This document shows, piece after piece, positions 8,478 to 17,932 of a stretch of 64,000 nt of DNA. The stretch's first letter is position 1. Each line of letters begins with the position of its first letter. A program made the translations under genes and the position numbers. Source of the stretch: Promethearchaeota archaeon (GTDB lineage Archaea > Asgardarchaeota > Lokiarchaeia > Sigyniarchaeales > SOKP01); the NCBI GenBank assembly GCA_016839765.1, contig JAEOTP010000012.1:1-64000 (forward strand), given 5' to 3'. The notes under the pieces were generated by a model. The model ran no database searches and was not told the DNA's origin. It saw only the letters and a program-made list of their open reading frames with translations.

Positions 8478-11264
8478 ATGGAGAATCAAACAACCATAAT
8501 TAAAATTTTATTAGATAATAAACAGAAGATTTTGAAAGCAGCAAAATTCGATGAACCAGAGTTTGATAGCTTAATCTCCAAACTAAATAAAGCTGAAGAG
8601 CAAAGAAAAAAACTATCACAGAAAATTAAGGATATTAGAGAACTTAATATAGAAAAATTAAGTCATGAATTAGGAATTTCGCGTTATAAATTAACATTAA
8701 AGATCGATTACTTAAAAGAATTAGGATTTTTAAAAGCTGTCGGAAAGGAATCACGATTTTTCCAATATTTATTGGATGAATATAGATCTAAGGGTATTTT
8801 TCCTAACGTATCTATTATTAAAGAAAAGAACCTATGTTGCAATTGTGGATTATGCGTTTCTGTATGTCCTTTAAATGCTGTTAAGTATTCTGAGGATACT
8901 TTTGAAGTCATTGAGGAAGATTGTATCAATTGTGGATTATGTTTTGCATGTTGTCCGAGATCATTTTTTCCAATAACTCTCAAATTTATTAAAGAGAATG
9001 AAGATATAAAAACTAAATTTTCTGATCAAATAAATTATTATCGAGAAGTCTATACTGCCCAGACAAACGATAATCAAATAATTGAAGTTGCTCAAGATGG
9101 AGGTATTGTAACAAGCTTATTAAAGACTGCTTTTCAAGTAAATATGATTGATTGTGCTTTGGCTGTTGGATTAGCAAATAAACCACACAAACCAGCACCT
9201 ATCTTCGTTGAAAATGTAGATGATTTATTAAAAACGGCTGGGACAAAATATAGTAATACACCTTCTTTAAAAATTTTACATGAATCTAAAAAATATAAAG
9301 ATATTGCGATAGTGGGGACACCTTGTATGATGGAGGGGCTTAAAAAAATATCCATCTATCCATTTAACGAACCTTTTTATGATAATATCGCTATAAAAAT
9401 TGGATTATTTTGTATGGAATCATTTAATTACTCACAAATTTTAGAGCTGTTAAAAAATGAATTTCAAAAACCTGCTGATGATATTATTAAAATGAATATA
9501 GATAAAGGTAGATTTCTTGTTTATAGTAAAGATGGTACTTCGTTAGATGTTCCTTTAAAAAAAGTCAAAAAGTATGGAAGACTGGGATGTTTTTTCTGTG
9601 ATGATTTGACTGCTGAACAAGCAGATATATCAGTAGGGTCTATTGGTTCTGAACCGGGATGGTCAACTGTTATAATTAGGACTCAAAAAGGTGCTGATCT
9701 ATTTCAAAAAGCATTAGATTTAAAAATAATCGAAAAGAAAGAAATTAAGGAAGATGATAAAAGATTTGTTTATTTAGAACGGATAGCTAAGTCAAAAAAG
9801 AAAACATATAAGGAAGGGCGTAGGCCCAAAATGATTGAACAAGATCCTAAAGAAAGAATAAAAAATTTTGATGAGGTTCCTTTAGGATTAACTGAAGAAA
9901 TGGTGAAATTAGAAGCTCAAAGATGTTTACAATGTGGGAGGCCTTTATGCATTAAAGGGTGTCCAGTAAACATTAATATCCCTGAATTTATTAGATTAAT
10001 CAAATTAGGTAAAAATGCTGATGCATTACATCTAATTAAAAGAAATAATTTATTACCAGCGATTTGTGGAAGAGTTTGTCCTCAAGAAACCCAATGTGAA
10101 GAAAAATGCCTATTAAATTCACTTGGAGAACCTATTTCAATCGGTTATTTAGAAAGGTTTCTTGCTGACTGGGAAAGAAAAAATAAGCTTAAAGAATGTC
10201 CTGACTGTCAACCCTCCAATAATATTAAAGTGGCTGTTATTGGATCTGGACCTGCTGGGTTAACATGTGCGGGCGATCTTGCAATGAAAGGTTATAATGT
10301 TACTCTTTTTGAAGCTTTTCATGCAGGTGGAGGAGTATTGGTCTATGGAATACCTGAATTTAGATTGCCTAAGGAAATTGTTAAAGATGAGATTAAAACT
10401 TTGAAAATGCTTGGTGTTAAGATAAATTATAATACTATTATTGGTAAAATTTTAACTCTAGAAGATTTAAAAGAAGAGGGTTTTAAGGCATTTTTCATAG
10501 GTGTTGGAGCAGGGCTTCCTATGTTCCTAAGAATTCCTGGATTAAGTTTGAATGGTGTACTAACAGCAAATGAATTTCTAACAAGATCTAATTTGATGAA
10601 AGCATATAGATTTCCAGAATATGATACACCAATAAATGTTGGAAAGATAGTTACTGTTATCGGTGGAGGGAATGTTGCTTTAGATTCTGCCCGAACCGCT
10701 CTAAGATTGGGCTCTGATAGAGTTATAATCGTTTATAGACGATCTGAAAAAGAAATGCCAGCAAGACTTGAAGAATACCATCATGCAAAAGAAGAGGGTG
10801 TTGAATTTAAATTTTTAACAAATCCAACACGAATCATTGGTGATGAGAATGATAATGCTATAAAAATGGAGTGTCTTAAAATGAAATTAGGAGAACCAGA
10901 TGATTCAGGAAGGCGAAGACCTATCCCAATTAAGGATTCAGAATTTATAATTGAAACTGATACAATAATACTTGCAATTGGAGCTTTAGCAAATCCCGTT
11001 CTTACAAAATCAATCCCTGATTTAAAATTAAACAAATGGGGTTATATCGAAACTGACACGGGCGGAAGGACGAGTATAGAAGGAGTATATGCTGGAGGAG
11101 ATATAGTAACTGGAAGTGCTACAGTAATCTCTGCTATGGGTGCAGGAAGAATAGCCTCAGCGGCTATAGATAAATATCTTAGAAATAAATTTCTGAGTAA
11201 GGTAGGTTCTATTGAAGTTGAAATAATGAAAATTAAAACAATTAAGAAAGAGCAGATAAAATAA
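8478..11264 (+). CDS. nfnB: Fusion of an HTH-like N-terminus, 2x[4Fe-4S] ferredoxin, FrhB/FdhB (F420-binding) domain and Nfn large subunit (NfnB/SudA/GltD-like)
   Basis: AQDGGIVTSLL, AGTKY, VGTPC, IGLFCMESF and DISVGSIGS (FrhB); RCLQC..GCPV, CGRVCPQETQC, GSGPAGL, GGGNVALD and AGGDIVTG (NfnB). Confidence 0.88.
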   Translation: MENQTTIIKILLDNKQKILKAAKFDEPEFDSLISKLNKAEEQRKKLSQKIKDIRELNIEKLSHELGISRYKLTLKIDYLKELGFLKAVGKESRFFQYLLDEYRSKGIFPNVSIIKEKNLCCNCGLCVSVCPLNAVKYSEDTFEVIEEDCINCGLCFACCPRSFFPITLKFIKENEDIKTKFSDQINYYREVYTAQTNDNQIIEVAQDGGIVTSLLKTAFQVNMIDCALAVGLANKPHKPAPIFVENVDDLLKTAGTKYSNTPSLKILHESKKYKDIAIVGTPCMMEGLKKISIYPFNEPFYDNIAIKIGLFCMESFNYSQILELLKNEFQKPADDIIKMNIDKGRFLVYSKDGTSLDVPLKKVKKYGRLGCFFCDDLTAEQADISVGSIGSEPGWSTVIIRTQKGADLFQKALDLKIIEKKEIKEDDKRFVYLERIAKSKKKTYKEGRRPKMIEQDPKERIKNFDEVPLGLTEEMVKLEAQRCLQCGRPLCIKGCPVNINIPEFIRLIKLGKNADALHLIKRNNLLPAICGRVCPQETQCEEKCLLNSLGEPISIGYLERFLADWERKNKLKECPDCQPSNNIKVAVIGSGPAGLTCAGDLAMKGYNVTLFEAFHAGGGVLVYGIPEFRLPKEIVKDEIKTLKMLGVKINYNTIIGKILTLEDLKEEGFKAFFIGVGAGLPMFLRIPGLSLNGVLTANEFLTRSNLMKAYRFPEYDTPINVGKIVTVIGGGNVALDSARTALRLGSDRVIIVYRRSEKEMPARLEEYHHAKEEGVEFKFLTNPTRIIGDENDNAIKMECLKMKLGEPDDSGRRRPIPIKDSEFIIETDTIILAIGALANPVLTKSIPDLKLNKWGYIETDTGGRTSIEGVYAGGDIVTGSATVISAMGAGRIASAAIDKYLRNKFLSKVGSIEVEIMKIKTIKKEQIK

Positions 11265-11270
11265 GAATTT

Positions 11271-13532
11271 ATGAGGATTATAGATATGGAATCAGATCAA
11301 AAATTAAGAATTAAAGATGCTTTTAAAGAGGATGCTGGAAGAGGAATTGTTAGAATAGATCCGGATATAATAAAAAAATTAAAGTTAAAAGTAGGTGATG
11401 TTATAAGAATTTCTCATCCTTTGGTGAATAAAAAAACTGTTGCATTATTATCATCAGGAAGAATTGAAGATAATGGAACCCAAGTAATTAGAATGGATCC
11501 TTCTTTAAGGAGAAATTTAAATGCTTCTATTGATGATTTTGTAGAGATAAAAAAAATTGAAGTAGATTTAGCTACGAGTATAAGTTTTGCTGGATTAAAT
11601 AGCTCATTGATCCCCCGGGATCCTCAAGCTTTGGCAAGAAAATTAGAAAATCGGGTCATCACTCTGGGAGACACTCTGAGTTTTTACGCAATGGGTCATA
11701 GAATTGATATAGCTGTTGTTAATTATACTCCAAAGACAGAGGCCGTTAAAATTTCTCTTAATACAAATATAAAGTTTACAGAAAAACCTCAAAATACTAT
11801 TGAAACACGAAAAGTCATAGTTAAACATGAAAAAATAAGTGATATTGAAGAGAAATTACAAGAAATACGTGAAAAAGTAACTTATGAGGATATTGGTGGA
11901 TTAGAAGCATTAATTCAAAAGATTCGTGAAATTATTGAACTTCCAATAAGACATCCGGAACTTTTTGAGAGAATAGGAATTGAACCACCTAATGGAGTTT
12001 TATTATATGGTCCCCCAGGTACAGGAAAAACATTATTAGCAAAAGCAGTTGCCTCAGAAACAGATGCAAATTTTATTAGTATTAGTGGTCCTGAAATAAT
12101 GAGTAAGTTTTTTGGGCAGAGTGAAGAAAATCTCAGAAAATTATTTGAAGAGGCTAAAGAGAATTCTCCTTCGATAATTTTTCTGGATGAATTAGATTCT
12201 CTTGCACCAAAAAGGGATGAAGGGAAAAATCAAGTTGAATCAAGGGTTGTTGCTCAATTATTATCACTTATGGATGGATTAAAAGGGAGAGGAGAGGTAA
12301 TTGTAATAGGAGCAACTAATAAAGTAAATAATATTGATATTGCATTACGAAGACCCGGAAGATTTGATAGAGAAATTGAAATAAAGGTCCCAGATAGTAA
12401 TGGACGTTTTGAAATATTATTAATTCATACCAGAGGAATGCCTTTAGGCGAAGATGTGAATTTAAGATTGATAGCTGAAAAAACTCACGGGTTTGTTGGA
12501 GCAGACATAAAATCTCTATGCAAAGAAGCTGCATTCCTTGCTATTCGTGAAATAATTCCTGAAATTGATTTAGATGAACCAGTTCCGGAAGTAGTTTTAA
12601 ATCAATTAAAAATAAAAATGAGCCACTTTATTGAAGCTCTAACTAACATTGAGCCATCAGCCTTAAGAGAAGTGTTAATAACTCATCCCTCAGAAACATG
12701 GGATGATGTTGGGGGATTGAGGGAAGCAAAACAAGAATTAAAAGAAATAGTTGAATGGCCCTTAAAATATCCAGAGTTTTATAAATATATGAAATCGAGA
12801 CCTCCTAATGGTATTCTTATATATGGTCTACCTGGTACTGGAAAAACTTTACTTGCTAAAGCTCTTGCTCACGAAACTGAGATTAATTTTATCTCAGTGA
12901 AAGGTCCCGAATTCTTATCTAAATGGGTAGGAGAAAGTGCTAAAGCTGTTCGAGAGGCTTTCCGGAAAGCACGATCCACGGCACCATGTATTATTTTCTT
13001 TGATGAGATAGACGCTATCGCATCTAGACGTTCAGAATCTTCTGATTCAAGGGTAACAGATCAGATTGTAGCACAACTTCTAACTGAAATGGATGGTTTG
13101 GAAGAATTGAAAGATGTAGTGTTGATTGCAGCTACTAATAGACCTGATTTGCTCGATCCTGCTTTACTAAGATCAGGGAGATTTGGTAGACATATTGAAA
13201 TTCCTCTCCCAGATAAAAATACTCGTATAAATATATTCAAAATTCATCTAAAAGATCGTCCTATTAATGATAAAATTGATATAGAATCATTAGCTCAAGA
13301 ATTAGAAGGATATAGTGGTGCTGATATTGAAGCAGTATGTGAAGAAGCTACAATTTTAGCAATTCGAAAAGGAGTTTTCCATGTTGATATTGATGCATCA
13401 AATCCTAATTCTTATTCTAAAATTAAAATTTCCCAAGAAGATTTTGAAAAAGCTATAGCAAAAATCAAAAAAGTTGCAGATAAAGCAAATAAATCCTACA
13501 GGGAAGTTTCCTACAGTGAAATATATAGATAA
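11271..13532 (+). CDS. cdc48: CDC48/VCP family AAA+ ATPase
   Basis: N-domain plus two AAA modules ([16 protein letters not shown]); C-terminal IYR fits an HbYX motif. Confidence 0.95.
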   Translation: MRIIDMESDQKLRIKDAFKEDAGRGIVRIDPDIIKKLKLKVGDVIRISHPLVNKKTVALLSSGRIEDNGTQVIRMDPSLRRNLNASIDDFVEIKKIEVDLATSISFAGLNSSLIPRDPQALARKLENRVITLGDTLSFYAMGHRIDIAVVNYTPKTEAVKISLNTNIKFTEKPQNTIETRKVIVKHEKISDIEEKLQEIREKVTYEDIGGLEALIQKIREIIELPIRHPELFERIGIEPPNGVLLYGPPGTGKTLLAKAVASETDANFISISGPEIMSKFFGQSEENLRKLFEEAKENSPSIIFLDELDSLAPKRDEGKNQVESRVVAQLLSLMDGLKGRGEVIVIGATNKVNNIDIALRRPGRFDREIEIKVPDSNGRFEILLIHTRGMPLGEDVNLRLIAEKTHGFVGADIKSLCKEAAFLAIREIIPEIDLDEPVPEVVLNQLKIKMSHFIEALTNIEPSALREVLITHPSETWDDVGGLREAKQELKEIVEWPLKYPEFYKYMKSRPPNGILIYGLPGTGKTLLAKALAHETEINFISVKGPEFLSKWVGESAKAVREAFRKARSTAPCIIFFDEIDAIASRRSESSDSRVTDQIVAQLLTEMDGLEELKDVVLIAATNRPDLLDPALLRSGRFGRHIEIPLPDKNTRINIFKIHLKDRPINDKIDIESLAQELEGYSGADIEAVCEEATILAIRKGVFHVDIDASNPNSYSKIKISQEDFEKAIAKIKKVADKANKSYREVSYSEIYR

Positions 13533-13643
13533 ATCGTTCCGAAAACAATTTTCCTAAAAAATTTTTAGTAATTATTAATATTAAGATTTAGTACACGTTA
13601 GCCATCTTCAGAAAGAAGTTATGTTAAAAATGGATTTCAGTAG

Positions 13644-14801
13644 TTATGTTTCATCATTTGTCAATATCGCTGAAGTAGTTTTCCATGATTTCAATTTGTT
13701 TATCATATTTTGCTCTGTTCTTGTTATTTTTGATTGAGAGTATTGCGTAATTTTTTCTTTCATTTTATTTTTAACGGTGTTATCCATTCTTAAACACTTA
13801 ATTATCCCTGTTTTAATTGCTCTATCAACTATATCCTTTCCTTTTTTAGTTCGAGTTATTACAGTTGTAAATTTATCTTCGGAACCTAATCCTCCAAAAG
13901 AAATATCAGCATAAATGTTAGTAAAATCTTTGCAAACCCCACAAGCGGGGCGCATATAATCAGTTAAACTTTCAAAAGGCACATGAATCTTTTTTTGGGG
14001 CGCTTTATGATTTTTTAATTCAATAATTAAATTTTCCTTAATATTTATTCTCTGAATATTTTTGAATTTAATTTTAAATTGTTTCTCAAATTGTGTCAAT
14101 TTTGTTCTATCAAAGAAAAAATTCTCATAGCAAAATAAACCAAGACAAACTTCTATGTTTTCTGATGGTATTATCCCTAAGCTTTGCATACATCTAATTG
14201 TGTAAATTTGGCAGGGAGTTCCTACAAATGCTAACTTATTGAATTTATAGTGTCTTAATTTAGGTAATGAACTTATATATGTGTGAAATTTCTGCACGGT
14301 ATCTAGTTGTGGAGAAATATCCAATTTTGTACCTGATGCATTGATTAAATCTTGTTTAGTTTTTGCGATAGTTGCCTCTCTAGAGAAAGGTGATTTTGTT
14401 TTTGCTACAATTGCCCCATTAATAATTTTTTTTTCTATTAAGTAATTTATAATTGTGTTTACAACGCCTCCATCTGTCCCATATTTTAAAAATTCTTTAT
14501 CCATAGATTGACATGAATAAATATTATCTACAAAACCCAAAGGCATTAATGAAAAATCTGAAAAATTAAAAGTTTCATTAAGATCTTCATCTAAAACATG
14601 TGTCTGTGGACAAATAAAATAGCATATACTACACTCAAGGCATTTTTCCTTGTTTATGTATTCTGGAGGTGAATTAAGATCCTTAAAGCCAATTACTTCG
14701 TTTTCTATTGAGTTACAAAAACTCACACAGCCACCACATTGTTGACAAATACCGAGTTCATGAACCTCTTTTATTAAATCTTGAAAAACTTTATTTTTCA
14801 T
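13644..14801 (-). CDS. Coenzyme F420 hydrogenase/dehydrogenase beta subunit family (FrhB/FdhB) with ferredoxin N-terminus
   Basis: CQQCGGC, CLECSIC, GTDGGVV, VGTPCQ, LGLFCYENF, CGVCKDF, DISFGGLGS. Confidence 0.88.
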   Translation of the reverse strand: MKNKVFQDLIKEVHELGICQQCGGCVSFCNSIENEVIGFKDLNSPPEYINKEKCLECSICYFICPQTHVLDEDLNETFNFSDFSLMPLGFVDNIYSCQSMDKEFLKYGTDGGVVNTIINYLIEKKIINGAIVAKTKSPFSREATIAKTKQDLINASGTKLDISPQLDTVQKFHTYISSLPKLRHYKFNKLAFVGTPCQIYTIRCMQSLGIIPSENIEVCLGLFCYENFFFDRTKLTQFEKQFKIKFKNIQRINIKENLIIELKNHKAPQKKIHVPFESLTDYMRPACGVCKDFTNIYADISFGGLGSEDKFTTVITRTKKGKDIVDRAIKTGIIKCLRMDNTVKNKMKEKITQYSQSKITRTEQNMINKLKSWKTTSAILTNDET

Positions 14802-14874
14802 TTTTAAAAATCACCAATTTTTATTATCAATTTCAAAAATTATTATAACTCTTTTGATTAAATTAATGATCCCT

Positions 14875-14904
14875 ATGATAAATATTGTTGTCATAATATA
14901 TAAA
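14875..14904 (-). promoter_or_regulatory. TATA box plus imperfect palindrome upstream of the FrhB-family gene
   Basis: ATGATAAATATTGTTGTCATAATATATAAA; matches 4821-4850. Confidence 0.45.
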
Positions 14905-15043
14905 TGTGATCTTTTTCTTATATTGCATGCCCATATATAGTCAATTGAATGTTAAATAATCCTAGATCCCATCATGAAATCGATAGATCTACTGCTGGAG
15001 AACGATCAGGCAAAGATCAGATCCGTACATTTGATTAACGAAA

Positions 15044-15061
15044 TGACAAAAATTTTTGTCA
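15044..15061. promoter_or_regulatory. Perfect 18-bp palindrome, candidate operator in the frhB/hdrA divergent region
   Basis: TGACAAAAATTTTTGTCA. Confidence 0.4.
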
Positions 15062-15235
15062 AATTTATTAAAATTTCTCTTATCATATTTTTTAAATTTA
15101 ATTTAAACCATCTTTTTATTGGAATAGGAGATTAAAAAACATTTTTTGCTTTTAGCAAATTTTTTGTTCTTTCAATTTCATAAATTTGCTAAATTACCTA
15201 TCACTAGTTGGTGATGTTTTAAATAGGTGAATTAA

Positions 15236-17272
15236 ATGTCTGAAATACAGACCAAAGTGAGAATCGGAGTTTATATATGTAGATGAGGAGTTAATATTAG
15301 TGCTTCAATCGATTGTAATCTTATTAGAGATTATGTTGAAGCACTACCAAACGTTTTTGTTGCTAAAGTAAATGATTTTACTTGTAGTGATCCAGGACAA
15401 AATATTATCAAAAACGATATTTTAGAATTAGACTTAAATCGGGTAGTTGTTGCAGCTTGTACACCAAAAATTCATGAATCCACCTACCGATTAGTTTTAG
15501 CTCAAGCAGGATTAAGCCCTTATTACTTCCAAATGGTTAATCTTCGCGAACATTGCTCATTTACTTACTCCAGAAATAAGAGAAGCATTACTGAAAAAGC
15601 TATAAGGTTAGTGCAAGCAGGGATAAATCGTGCCAGAGAATTAGAAATTATACCTTATAAAAAGATATCAGTAGAAAAATCGGTATTAATTATCGGTGCT
15701 GGTATTGCAGGGATGAATGCTGCATTAGACTTAGCAAATCATGGAATAAATGCAAATTTAGTCGAAAAGGAAGCCACAATTGGCGGAAAAATGGCACAAT
15801 TAGATCGAATATATCCTACAGACGATTGTGCTATATGAGTTCTAGCGCCTATTATGGTTAGTGCTTCAAAACATCCAAATATAAAATTATTTACCTATAG
15901 TGAAGTTATTAAATTCGAGGGCATCCCAGGAAATTATAATGTTAAAATACACAAGAAACCTCGTTTTATTAATGAAAATAAGTGTACTGGTTGTGGATTA
16001 TGTACGACTAAATGTCCAATAAAAGTACCTAACGAATTTAACAGAGGTATTGGGGAACAAAACGCGATTTACATACCTTTTCCTCAAGCAGTGCCCAGAA
16101 TTGCTCTAATTGATAAGAGTGTATGTATAGAATGTAAAAATTGTCAAAAATGTTGTCCCACAGAAGCTATTGAATTAGATCAAACCTCAGAATATATCGA
16201 TTTAAAAGTTGGTGCGGTAATTATTGCCACAGGTTGGGATGAATATCCAATTATGAAAAAAAATGAATATAAATATGGTATTTATCCAGATGTTATTACT
16301 CAAATAGAGTTAGAACGTATGTTAAGTCCAGTTGGACCAACCGGTGGTCAAGTGTATAGAATTTCTGATGGAAAAATCCCCAAAACAGTAGCTATGATTC
16401 AATGTGTGGGTTCAAGATCCTTAAAAGGGAATCCCTATTGCTCAGGAGTATGTTGTAATGTTGCACTTAAAAATGCTCAATTGTTAAAGCAAGAATATCC
16501 AGATATAGAAATTGTTATCTTTTATATAGACATGCGGACATGGGATAAAGGCAATGAAGAATATTATAGAAAAGCGAGAAAAGCGGGAATAATGATGATT
16601 CGTGGAAAAGTAGGAGACATTCGAGAAGATACTAGCATAAAGAAAATAAAACTTACAGCTTCTTCAACTTTAACCAATGATTTCATTACCATGAATACCG
16701 ATTTAGTTGTATTATCTACAGGTATGGTCCCTTCTAAAAAAGCGGCACAAATTATTGAGACATTAGGTATAGCTAAAGATATGAATGGGTTTTTAAGTGA
16801 AGTTCATGGATGCCTAAAACCTCAAGAGACAAATAATTTAGGTATTTATATATGCGGCTGTGCTACTGGACCTAAAAATATCCCTTATTCAGTATCAACT
16901 GCATTAGCTGCAGCAAGTAAAGCATCTATTTTGCTTTCTAAAGATACAATAACTCAAGAATTAATCATCGTTGAAGTAAATGAAAATCTATGTATGGGTT
17001 GCCATAGATGTGAAAAACTATGTAATTTTAAGGCAATAAAAATTAATGGAGAGAATATAGCTGAAGTAGACGACTTAAAATGTAAAGGTTGCGGAGTTTG
17101 TGTTACATCATGTCCCGCTCGAGCAATTGACCTTAAGTATTACAGAGATAAACAAATTATTGAAGAGATAAAAGGGATTTGTAGTACTGAACTTGAATAT
17201 AAGGAAGAATTTATTGAATCTATTGAACTTATTTGGAAAAAGATTGAAGCTTTAGCTCCTTATCAAACATAA
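15236..17272 (+). CDS. hdrA: Heterodisulfide reductase subunit A, probable selenoprotein with two Sec (U17, U201), 678 aa
   Basis: SD AGGTGA then ATG at 15236. One frame reads MSEIQTKVRIGVYICR-TGA(15284)-GVNI...YPTDDCAI-TGA(15836)-VLAPIMVS. Both TGAs occupy Cys positions of HdrA motifs (CxCG, DCxxC). ORF-track pieces 15533..15838 and 15854..17272 are in this frame. Confidence 0.9.
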
Positions 17273-17279
17273 TCTGAAA

Positions 17280-17536
17280 ATGAATGATCCTCTTAAAAAA
17301 ATGTTAGTTGAGAGGTAACTAACCCATAGCATGGGTTTTCAGAAAACTATAAAATAATAAATGGTATGAATTTGTATCATCATGAGCTAGAAAATGAAGT
17401 AAGGTTTAAAGTCGGAGAAGCATGGATGATGAATATCATCAATATTGCCAGAAATTATGGTCATAACTATTCGAAAATTGCATTCGGATTAGCAAGTAAG
17501 ATGATATTGGGAGAGGAAATTAAAATTTCTAATTAA
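17280..17536 (+). pseudogene. Deletion relic of a paralogous copy of the 5731 gene and the mtd-like gene
   Basis: NDPLKKMLVER, then 17366-17536 ENEVRFKVGEAWMMNII..AFGLASKMILGEEIKISN*. These match 5731 NDPLKMLIKKR and EDEVRYKVREAWMMMNIL, and the 6506 C-terminus AFKLACRILFGEEIKITV*. Confidence 0.75.
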
Positions 17537-17765
17537 TTTTTTTTTAAATTTTTAAAATTATTTTCAAGAGATATTTTAAAAACACATCTATTCCTTGATT
17601 TAGCCTTCTGAGGATTGACTTCATGAATGATATTAATATTTCCATTAATGGAGATAAGTCTATATAGAATTTCTAAAACCTTTTAACCTCTTTTCTTCAA
17701 AGAATTTTATTATTCTTATTCAAAAAGCATCCTAAATTATTATGAAAAAGAACTAATTAACTTGT

Positions 17766-17852
17766 CGAATAATGTTCGCTCAATCTTACATTATCCGAAA
17801 TGCCTTCGCTTTAATGCCCGAATGATAGGATAATATTCGGCATATTTATAAA
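17766..17852 (+). promoter_or_regulatory. Three phased CGAA-N5-TTCG-like operator sites plus TATA box upstream of gdh1
   Basis: Sites at 17766, 17796 and 17827 (30/31 bp apart); TTTATAAA at 17845. Confidence 0.7.
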
Positions 17853-17932
17853 TCTTAAATAACATATATAAAATGAAGAGATATAATCTAATCAATTAAA
17901 ATGGAAGAATTGAAACTGAACTTAATTCGAAA

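Noticed and set aside
15236-17272. hdrA as a nonsense-mutated pseudogene, or as two separate genes
   Set aside because: Both stops are TGA at conserved Cys positions and the frame is otherwise intact; Sec recoding explains this better.
17766-17839. Gram-positive LexA (SOS) boxes
   Set aside because: The spacing is CGAA-N5-TTCG, not GAAC-N4-GTTC; the host is archaeal and the neighbours are Lrp and GDH genes.
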